42,497 bases of DNA from a virus (Duplodnaviria > Caudoviricetes): positions 1 through 42,497 of IMG/VR virus record IMGVR_UViG_3300020161_002831; one strand, given 5' to 3'. The notes under the pieces are model-generated. The model made no database searches. It saw only the letters and a program-made list of their open reading frames with translations, and was not told the origin of the DNA. A program made the position numbers and the translations under genes. Shown one piece after another: positions 7,469 to 14,637 of the stretch (position 1 is its first letter; every line of letters begins with the position of its first letter).

Positions 7469-8602
7469 ATGGGTCAGCTTGGCAAGACCAGCGTTTCGCT
7501 CCACGACATCAACGTGGAGCAGTTCCCGAACATCCGCAGCAACATGGACCCGGGGTCGTTGCGCAATCTCGCGCTCGACATCTTCTCGAACGGGATCATC
7601 TATAGCCCCATCGTGACGCTGCTGCCCGCCGAGGGTGGCGAAGGCGAGGTGCCTTGCCTCGCAGCCGGATTCCGGCGGGTTCAGGCCCTCAAGAACCTGG
7701 AGGCGATGATCATCGACCACAACCAGCGACTGGCCGCGGGGGACGATGGTTTCAAGGACACGGACGACTCGTACCCCTTCGACAAGGTCCCCGGTGGGGA
7801 ACCGCTGGTCTTCGAGTACGACATCATCGACGTCGAGCTGTGCGCCCCGGAGGAGGTGCAGAGCATCCAGTTCCGCGAGAACATGCAGAGAGAGGACCTC
7901 AACATCATGGACCGCATCAGTGCGGTCTGTGGGTTCCTGGCCTCCGGCGTGACGCAGAACGACCTCGCGCAGATGTCCAACATCACGCAGTCGCTGATCT
8001 CGCAGTACAACACGGTGTTCACCGGCTGCATCAGCGACGTGCACGATGCGCTCCGCGCGGATCAGATCCGGTTCCGCGACGCGCTCGCCATCTCCAAGCT
8101 CCGCCTGGAGAACAAGAAGCCCGCTGTGCGGGAGCAGCGCCTCGCCCTCGACAAGCTCATCAACAAGCCCGAGAAGTCGAGCGTCGAGGGCGAGAAGAAG
8201 CGCTCGCTCGCGGACCTTCGCAAGCTGCGCCTCACGCTCAGCAACGAGCAGAACTACGCCGACGCGTCGGGTGAGCGGAAGCGCATCATCCAGGAGACGC
8301 TGACCTTCCTCGACAACCCGGACCTCACGGAAGAGGTGCTGGTCTACGGTGGTGGCGATACGCCCATCGACATCACGGTGAACATGCCTGAGCCCCCGCC
8401 CGAGAAGGTGGTCAAGGAGAAGAAGCCCGCCAAGGAGAAGGCCCCCAAGAAGGAGAAGGCGGCCAAGGGTGCGAAGGGCACCAAGGGCACCAAGGGCACC
8501 AAGACGACGACGGCTCCCGCCGCCGCCAGCCCCGCGACCGACACGGCGAAGGCCCCGACGGCGGCGCGCAAGATCGTCCGCGCGGCGAAGCCCACGGCCT
8601 GA
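7469..8602 (+). CDS. parB: ParB/RepB/Spo0J-family protein with Lys/Ala-rich histone-H1-like tail
   Basis: NIR, GIIYSPIV, LAAGFRRVQAL (GxRR box), ENMQREDLN, HTH GVTQNDLAQMSNITQSLISQY; AAGGAAG RBS; strongly GC3-biased codons. Confidence 0.88.
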   Translation: MGQLGKTSVSLHDINVEQFPNIRSNMDPGSLRNLALDIFSNGIIYSPIVTLLPAEGGEGEVPCLAAGFRRVQALKNLEAMIIDHNQRLAAGDDGFKDTDDSYPFDKVPGGEPLVFEYDIIDVELCAPEEVQSIQFRENMQREDLNIMDRISAVCGFLASGVTQNDLAQMSNITQSLISQYNTVFTGCISDVHDALRADQIRFRDALAISKLRLENKKPAVREQRLALDKLINKPEKSSVEGEKKRSLADLRKLRLTLSNEQNYADASGERKRIIQETLTFLDNPDLTEEVLVYGGGDTPIDITVNMPEPPPEKVVKEKKPAKEKAPKKEKAAKGAKGTKGTKGTKTTTAPAAASPATDTAKAPTAARKIVRAAKPTA

Positions 8603-8605
8603 GAA

Positions 8606-8620
8606 TATTAACGGTTAATA
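8606..8620. repeat. 15-bp palindrome copy (3 nt after parB stop)
   Basis: TATTAACGGTTAATA. Confidence 0.95.
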
Positions 8621-8644
8621 CCCGTTAAGGATTCCACAAGCAAG

Positions 8645-8676
8645 AAGCGGCAGTCGAAAGACTCGCCGCTTTTTTT
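8645..8676 (+). terminator. rho-independent terminator after parB
   Basis: AAGCGGC-AGTC-GAAA-GACT-C-GCCGCTT then a T run. Confidence 0.85.
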
Positions 8677-8698
8677 ATTTCTCTTCCCGGAGTTGTAC

Positions 8699-10414
8699 AT
8701 GCCCTCAAGCGAGCAGACGCTACAGACCCATCTGGACGCGACCACACCGCTCATTTGTATTCAGACATTCGAAGAGGCGAGAGTAATCGCTTACATGAAG
8801 GCGTACATCAGCACGCAATTCATGGAGCATCGCACAAAGGGTCATCTCTGGTTCTGGTCACTGACCGAAGGTTTGCAGCTGCTAGCTGCTCCGCTGGGTA
8901 GCGCCGAGCAGGTTGACATCAGCATGCGGCGGGAACTGCAGAAGAACAACATCGACCTGGAAAACGATCCGAAGTCGGGGCTTCCACGCTGCACCCGCGC
9001 CGATATGATGCAAGTGCTCACCGCCGCGATCAACCATCTCAAGATGGGAATTGGTGCGACCGACGGATCCGCCGAGACGGACGCGGTGCACACCTGGGTG
9101 TTCGCGGATGGCACGCAGTTCCTGACAAAAGGCAACGCGTATCCGATGCAGCGCAAGCTGCGAGATTTCTACCAGTACGCGATGGACTCTTCGGCCACGC
9201 ACCGCTGCATCATCCTCGATCCAAACTTCGAGTCGCCCGACCGAATGGACAAAGTGATGAGTGTCATTCGGTGGGACCTCCCAAACCGTGAAGCGATCCG
9301 CCGACTCATCGATGAGTGGAAGGTACGCCTCGACGTGGACCTTCCAATCGGCACAAGCTACGACCGCCTGATTGACGCGCTACTCGGCCTGAGCGCCCAC
9401 GAAATCTGCCGAGTGTTTCAGCTGAGCGTCGCAGTGCGTGGCACCTTCACGGCGGAGTTCGCCCTCAAAGAGAAGGAGGACATCATCCAGAAGTCCGGCC
9501 TTCTGCGTCACTACAGTTCCATCGGTGGGTTGGACAAGATCGGCGGTCTGGAGAACCTGAAAAGCTGGCTGGCCGTACGTCGCAACGCTTTCGGTGAGCG
9601 TGCCCGCGAATTCGGCCTAAACATCCCGAAGGGTGTCATGGTCGCCGGTGTGGCCGGCACAGGAAAGACGCTGGTGGCCAAGTGCATCGGTGCCGCGTGG
9701 GGCATGCCGGTCTTGCACTTGGACGTAGGCTCGCTGATGAACTCCTACCTGGGCGAATCCGAGGGTCGCTTGCGCAAAGCCCTTGCCGTAGCCGACGCCA
9801 TGGCGCCTTGCATTCTGTTCGTGGATGAGGCAGAGAAGGCGTTTGGCGGATCCGGTGGAGAGCGTGACGGCGGCACAGGCGGACGTCTACTCGGAACGTG
9901 GCTGACCTGGATGAATGACCACGAGTCCGAGGTCTTCACAGTGATGACCGCGAACCGAGTCTGGTCGCTTCCTCCAGAGTTCCTGCGGGCAGGTCGCTTC
10001 GACGCGGTGTTCTTCGTCGACTTGCCCAACCGAAAGGAGCGCGAGGCAATCCTCCGGGTGCATCTGCGGAACCGCAATCGTGACGCGGACGACAAGGTGC
10101 AGTTCCCCGATCTCAGTCGTGTTGCAGACCTACTGGAAGGCTATACTGGCGCGGAGATTGAGGGCGTGGTGAACGCCGCTATGTTCGTCGCCTTCAACTC
10201 CAACAATCCGCTCAACCAAGAAGCGCTCGTCAGTTGCGCCTCGGCGGTGGTCCCGCTCTCAATCACCATGGGAGAGGAAATCGAGAAGCTGCGTGAATGG
10301 GGTAAGGCGCGCGCTATCACCGCGTCGGCGACTTCTACCTCGGAAGCGACAACAGCCGTTCCTCCGGTGGGTAACGGACTCAAGAAAGTGTTTCGGCGGC
10401 CAGGACAAGCATGA
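8699..10414 (+). CDS. AAA+ ATPase, Ycf46-like
   Basis: Degenerate N-terminal AAA domain, IGGLENLKSWL, Walker A GVAGTGKT, Walker B ILFVDEAEK, SRH TANRVWSLPPEFLRAGRFD. Confidence 0.88.
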   Translation: MPSSEQTLQTHLDATTPLICIQTFEEARVIAYMKAYISTQFMEHRTKGHLWFWSLTEGLQLLAAPLGSAEQVDISMRRELQKNNIDLENDPKSGLPRCTRADMMQVLTAAINHLKMGIGATDGSAETDAVHTWVFADGTQFLTKGNAYPMQRKLRDFYQYAMDSSATHRCIILDPNFESPDRMDKVMSVIRWDLPNREAIRRLIDEWKVRLDVDLPIGTSYDRLIDALLGLSAHEICRVFQLSVAVRGTFTAEFALKEKEDIIQKSGLLRHYSSIGGLDKIGGLENLKSWLAVRRNAFGERAREFGLNIPKGVMVAGVAGTGKTLVAKCIGAAWGMPVLHLDVGSLMNSYLGESEGRLRKALAVADAMAPCILFVDEAEKAFGGSGGERDGGTGGRLLGTWLTWMNDHESEVFTVMTANRVWSLPPEFLRAGRFDAVFFVDLPNRKEREAILRVHLRNRNRDADDKVQFPDLSRVADLLEGYTGAEIEGVVNAAMFVAFNSNNPLNQEALVSCASAVVPLSITMGEEIEKLREWGKARAITASATSTSEATTAVPPVGNGLKKVFRRPGQA

Positions 10415-11268
10415 GGTTCAATCCGACACGTATACATCGTCTGGACTACGCGCTGGGCGGCGGTCTTCCCCCCGGAATTACGATGCTGTGGGGAAACTCT
10501 GGATCATGTCGTACGTTGTTCGGACTCAATCTACTGAAGACTGTCGAACACGGCGCACTGATTCACTTGTCGGGGCAGCCCGACATGCACCAAATAGAGA
10601 CGGCTTGGCGATCCGACGCGCCGCTCTTCCTACCAGAGAACGGTGAGGCAGCGCTGTCCATCGCGTACGACCTAGTCGACAACGGTTGCAAGGTTGTCGT
10701 ACTTGATAGTTTGCCGGGGCTACAGGCGTCGTCGTCGTTCCACGCGGGTTTCCGCAAGTTCGACTACATAGGAACCAAGCACCTACTGCTGCACGGATTT
10801 GGGGAGCTAGGCCGCTTAGCGATGGCGCGCGGCGCCACAATATTAACGGTTAATGACCACAGGCGGAATGTGAGCACCGGAAAAGTGCAGGCGTACATGT
10901 GGAATACCGTGCGTCCATTGTGCTCCTGCATACTGCGGACCTACCGGGAAGAGTACACCACCGAGTACGGTACCATTACCGAAACCTCCATACGGATAGA
11001 GGCCCAGGAGCTTCGTAGGCAGCCGCTAACAGCGGTTATAGAGACTTCGGTGTACTGGCCGCATGGATTCTCCCAACCTAGAGAGCTAATGGCTCTAATG
11101 GCTGAACTAGGTATTATGGAGCGTCGAGGCGTATACTGGCATGTGGCCGGTGTGCGCCTCGGCCCGGGTTACGCTGCGGCCTGCGAGCAGCTTGAGCCCA
11201 GCATGGTTGAGTTTGAGCAACTGGTAGCGCAACACATACGGGAGGCAAAATGCCAAGAATCGAAGTAG
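10411..11268 (+). CDS. RecA/UvsX-like protein with degenerate Walker A
   Basis: LDYALGGGLPPG, GNSGSCRT, VVVLDS, and a RecA-like C-terminal segment GIMERRGVYWHVAGVRLGPG. Confidence 0.75.
   Translation: MRFNPTRIHRLDYALGGGLPPGITMLWGNSGSCRTLFGLNLLKTVEHGALIHLSGQPDMHQIETAWRSDAPLFLPENGEAALSIAYDLVDNGCKVVVLDSLPGLQASSSFHAGFRKFDYIGTKHLLLHGFGELGRLAMARGATILTVNDHRRNVSTGKVQAYMWNTVRPLCSCILRTYREEYTTEYGTITETSIRIEAQELRRQPLTAVIETSVYWPHGFSQPRELMALMAELGIMERRGVYWHVAGVRLGPGYAAACEQLEPSMVEFEQLVAQHIREAKCQESK
10841..10855. repeat. 15-bp palindrome variant (intragenic)
   Basis: TATTAACGGTTAATG. Confidence 0.9.
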
Positions 11269-11441
11269 TCATCGGACGCGACGGAAAGTCCAAAGTCGAG
11301 ATTCACGAGGGGGCCGGAGAGGGCTGCGCGCTGCTGACCAACAAGGTGCGCAGGGCGCTGGGCGGCGAAGTCATCTCGGAGCAGAAGAAGCCCGAATTCT
11401 ATGAGGTTGCCGAGGAAGGGCAAGTCCGTGGCAGAGATTAA
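11250..11441 (+). CDS. DUF2997-like small protein
   Basis: 63 aa; IEVVIGRDGKSKVEI..G.G..C...T......LG......KKPEFY pattern; usual neighbour of Ycf46-like ATPases. Confidence 0.75.
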   Translation: MPRIEVVIGRDGKSKVEIHEGAGEGCALLTNKVRRALGGEVISEQKKPEFYEVAEEGQVRGRD

Positions 11442-12021
11442 AACTGCCCCCCGCGAATCCTGGCTACGGGTCGCCAACATCATCCCTAATTCGGAGGCTA
11501 ACGGCCCAGGCGTGCGCACGGTAGTACACTTCGGTGGATGCACACTTGGCTGCGCCGGATGCTTCAATCCGCAGCTCTGGCCGAAGGAGTCCGACAGCTA
11601 TCGTATCGTGCACCCACTGGAGCTGGCCTGCGAACTGAGCGCCATGGGGCCACACTTCACGTTTTCTGGGGGAGAGCCACTGCAGCAACCATTGCTTCAC
11701 GTGCTGATGCTGGAATTGAAGCATCTGCTGCGCGAGCAGGATCCATCTTTCGTTATCTACACCGGATACATGTGGCAAGAGCTGTGGGGCATGGCGTATT
11801 TCGCGGCGTCAATGGCGGACGCTCTGGTCATGGGGCGGTACAATCCCACCCGAGCAGCGGCAGATGGATTCTGCTCCACGACCAACCAGCAACTGCGATT
11901 GCTCAGTACGCGGTACACCCCCGCAGATTTTAATCGTAAAGTGGAAGTCATCGTCGGCCCCGCCGGGCAGAAGACAATCACAGGAATTCCAACAGAAGAA
12001 CTGCGGAAGGAGCTAGCTTGA
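11428..12021 (+). CDS. radical SAM / 4Fe-4S protein, NrdG-activase-like
   Basis: NGPGVRTVVHFGGCTLGCAGCFNP (CxxxCxxC), FSGGEP, IYTGY, STTNQ. Confidence 0.85.
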   Translation: MAEIKTAPRESWLRVANIIPNSEANGPGVRTVVHFGGCTLGCAGCFNPQLWPKESDSYRIVHPLELACELSAMGPHFTFSGGEPLQQPLLHVLMLELKHLLREQDPSFVIYTGYMWQELWGMAYFAASMADALVMGRYNPTRAAADGFCSTTNQQLRLLSTRYTPADFNRKVEVIVGPAGQKTITGIPTEELRKELA

Positions 12022-12464
12022 GCCACCTACTTGTTTGCGCTACGGAAATCAAGGATCTGAACGCCGTCGTACGGGCGCTGCGTCGTATGGGCCTCAAGGA
12101 AGGAACGGACTTTCAGGTGTCGGCTGACCAGCGGCTTGTCCACACGGCGTACAACAAAGCCGTGACGGAGCAGATGTCTCTGCTGATTCCGAAGAGTACG
12201 CACAGCGGATACGGAGACTTCGGGCTGAAGAAGCGCGGAGAGAACTACGTCGTCTACGTCGATGATATTGACGTGCGGAGTTCGCTGACGTCAATGGTGA
12301 GCCAGCGTGGCGTCGACAAGAGCATGCGCGACTCTGGATTCACTGACCGCTTGCTACAGTGGTACGGGGTGGTATGCGCAGAAGACACACTGCGTGCCGA
12401 AGGTATGTCCCCGACTACGGTCGAGGATGCGGACGGGCGGATGCGAGTAACCGCGACCTACTGA
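12018..12464 (+). CDS. DUF1257/Ycf35-like protein
   Basis: MSH....TEIKDLNAVVRALRRMG, DFG, C-terminal DGRMRV; context with AAA ATPase and DUF2997-like gene. Confidence 0.7.
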   Translation: MSHLLVCATEIKDLNAVVRALRRMGLKEGTDFQVSADQRLVHTAYNKAVTEQMSLLIPKSTHSGYGDFGLKKRGENYVVYVDDIDVRSSLTSMVSQRGVDKSMRDSGFTDRLLQWYGVVCAEDTLRAEGMSPTTVEDADGRMRVTATY

Positions 12465-12468
12465 CCGA

Positions 12469-12483
12469 TATTAACGGTTAATA
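12469..12483. repeat. 15-bp palindrome copy (intergenic)
   Basis: TATTAACGGTTAATA. Confidence 0.95.
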
Positions 12484-12499
12484 GTGTCGCACTGACGTG

Positions 12500-12520
12500 G
12501 GAGGGTTCGCCCTCCTTTTT
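12500..12520 (+). terminator. rho-independent terminator
   Basis: GGAGGG-TTCG-CCCTCC-TTTTT. Confidence 0.75.
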
Positions 12521-12534
12521 AGCTGGGATCGAGA

Positions 12535-12819
12535 ATGCGTTCATTACTTGTACTGTTGCTTTGCGCCACAAATGTATGCGCACAGGATTTTCCTGTCGAA
12601 AGCGCGGAGCGGAACCGGACGGTTGAGACATATTTTCAAAAGGTAGCTGAGCTGGGCGAAGAGAATGGCGCGCTCAAAGAAAAGCTGAAGCAGTCACGGC
12701 TGCTGCTAGAGGCAGAAAAGAAAAAAGGCGGCTCGTGGTACGAGTCGCCTTCTTTGTGGGTTGGTCTGCTATTTGGGGCGGCAGCAGGATTTACCGCGGG
12801 TTACTCTTTGCTCCGGTGA
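12535..12819 (+). CDS. small exported coiled-coil protein with C-terminal membrane anchor
   Basis: N-terminal signal-like stretch, coiled coil, then WYESPSLWVGLLFGAAAGFTAGY. Confidence 0.6.
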   Translation: MRSLLVLLLCATNVCAQDFPVESAERNRTVETYFQKVAELGEENGALKEKLKQSRLLLEAEKKKGGSWYESPSLWVGLLFGAAAGFTAGYSLLR

Positions 12820-13208
12820 CGCCGTGCGGCTAGGGCGCCCGCGCCTAGAACTGCCGCAGACGGAATACCGAGCATGAGTGCGGCGTTGCGGACCTCTTCG
12901 GAGCGCATCTTGTTCTGCGCCCGCGCAGCCGCGTGACCCAGCGCACCCATCGGTAGACCCAGCGCTAGTGCGCCCAGGGCAACGTCACTCCCTCTGGCCG
13001 GAATGCGCTCTGTGCTCCGAAGAAGAAATGGGCCAACGCGCGTGAAGCGATGCACAGCGCCGCGTGACTCGGCGCCCATCGCAGCGCCACCCAAAGCCCC
13101 AATCGAGCCTAGCGCCAGCGCTGCCGCGCCCTCGTTTACTTTGGGCGTAAACCGAAAGAACGCGGTCTTCTCCAGCACTTCTGCCGTCTCTCGGAGTGTA
13201 GGAAGCAT
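12801..13208 (-). CDS. Gly/Ala-rich membrane-type virion protein (K-x-A motif)
   Basis: LEKTAF near the N-terminus, three GxxxG hydrophobic segments, basic tail RRHRSKE; coupled to the tube gene. Confidence 0.65.
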   Translation of the reverse strand: MLPTLRETAEVLEKTAFFRFTPKVNEGAAALALGSIGALGGAAMGAESRGAVHRFTRVGPFLLRSTERIPARGSDVALGALALGLPMGALGHAAARAQNKMRSEEVRNAALMLGIPSAAVLGAGALAARRHRSKE

Positions 13209-13996
13209 CACACCATTCCCTGGTTCACGTTGGGTCCGGTCTCATCCGGAATGTTGAACTGGTCGACCAGACCAAGCTGCGACAAGCGGATGGGCTGGAT
13301 ACGCTCGTACTGAATCGAGCACTGCTCCTGAATGATCAGGCCCTGGGCATCGAAGCCGAAGCCATACTGCGGGATGTAGCAGTTCTCGATGTAGCAGGCC
13401 GCGACGTTATTCTCTTCGTTGTCCTTGAGGACGATCATCAGCCCGAGGGGCTGGCTGAACAGGTCCGACGCAAGGTTCATGAAGACGTTGTCGTAGCCCG
13501 GCGGGATGCGCACGGAGTGCAGGCCCGCGGAACGCTTGGCCGAGTTGCTTCCATCCGTGAGGAACGGGTTGGAACCAACGCCGCCGGCCTCGAAGAGCGG
13601 ACGGATCTTGACTGAACCGACCGTCGTGTCGGCCCGCGTGTCGTAGTACGCGTACAGCGTGCGGAGCAGGCTGTTACCGTGGTACATCACACGACCGAGA
13701 TTCAGCTGGCCAACCGCACGACCGGTGATGGTGTAGCTGCGGTTCGAACCGACCTCGAAGATTCGCGAAATGGACTGGTTCTGACCAACCGAGAAGTTCT
13801 GGATGAGACCGATGGGGTAGACCAGCGTCCGCCCCAGTTCTGCGTCATCGGCGCCAGCGCCGGGGAAGCCGATCATGTTGAAGAACGGCGGCCCTGCGCA
13901 CACAAGAGCGAACTGCGCATTGATGAAGTTGCCGTCCGGCAACCCACCCTGCACCCGCGTGTGATGGGGACTCCAGCTTTCGATTCCGTTACCCAT
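13208..13996 (-). CDS. tail tube protein
   Basis: IGLIQNFSVGQNQSISRIFEVGS and YIENCYI...IIQEQCSIQYERI are tube-like; lies downstream of the sheath gene. Confidence 0.75.
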   Translation of the reverse strand: MGNGIESWSPHHTRVQGGLPDGNFINAQFALVCAGPPFFNMIGFPGAGADDAELGRTLVYPIGLIQNFSVGQNQSISRIFEVGSNRSYTITGRAVGQLNLGRVMYHGNSLLRTLYAYYDTRADTTVGSVKIRPLFEAGGVGSNPFLTDGSNSAKRSAGLHSVRIPPGYDNVFMNLASDLFSQPLGLMIVLKDNEENNVAACYIENCYIPQYGFGFDAQGLIIQEQCSIQYERIQPIRLSQLGLVDQFNIPDETGPNVNQGMV

Positions 13997-14053
13997 GGTG
14001 GAGTTCTTTCCTGAGTGAGAGTTTGTGGCGGGAGTCCCCGGAGCACTAACCGC

Positions 14054-14068
14054 TATTAACGGTTAATA
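14054..14068. repeat. 15-bp palindrome copy (intergenic)
   Basis: TATTAACGGTTAATA. Confidence 0.95.
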
Positions 14069-14072
14069 CTAC

Positions 14073-14579
14073 TTAGCGGCGGATGACCGTGACGAATACG
14101 GAGCAGGCGTTGTTGTCGCCGTTGTCCGCCTTGGCGAACACGAGTTTGATGTTGTCGCCTTCATCCACGTTCGCCGCCGCGTCATCCCACGACGTGACCA
14201 TCCGGAACAGCGCCTTGTCGTCGCAGTTGCGGATGCTGATCGCCGGGGAGATGGCCGTGCCGGCCTGATTCGCCACGGTCACGGTATTCGCGCCGGCATT
14301 GTTCGCACCAGACGCCGTCTTGACGACGTAGAAGTCGACGACCGTGAGGTCGAACTCCGCCTCGATGGAGATGGTGTCGCCACCGTCAAGGTCCGCATGA
14401 TCGTAGCGAATGACAACCGGATTGACAGACGCGGCTTCGAGAGCCGTCGTGCGAGCCTCGTGCGTCTCGAAGGCGTCATCCACGTCCTTGTACAGATCCG
14501 AGAGGGCCTCGCCGAGAAGATCCTCACGGAAGGCCCGGCCGGCGGGGCGCTTCTTGCTGCCAAACGAATCAGATGCCAT
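14073..14579 (-). CDS. virion structural protein (beta-rich, decoration-like)
   Basis: Between sheath and tube; short coiled coil then a beta-sandwich-like domain; high GC3. Confidence 0.6.
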   Translation of the reverse strand: MASDSFGSKKRPAGRAFREDLLGEALSDLYKDVDDAFETHEARTTALEAASVNPVVIRYDHADLDGGDTISIEAEFDLTVVDFYVVKTASGANNAGANTVTVANQAGTAISPAISIRNCDDKALFRMVTSWDDAAANVDEGDNIKLVFAKADNGDNNACSVFVTVIRR

Positions 14580-14596
14580 GTGTCGACTCCTGGGTG

Positions 14597-14611
14597 TGTT
14601 AACCGTTTATA
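14597..14611. repeat. 15-bp palindrome variant (intergenic)
   Basis: TGTTAACCGTTTATA. Confidence 0.75.
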
Positions 14612-14637
14612 CCACGTTCGCGGAATGCGTCCGAGTA

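Noticed and set aside
11428-12021. Naming the radical SAM gene nrdG
   Set aside because: Motifs fit the family but no nrdD is in the window and the context is the AAA/DUF module.
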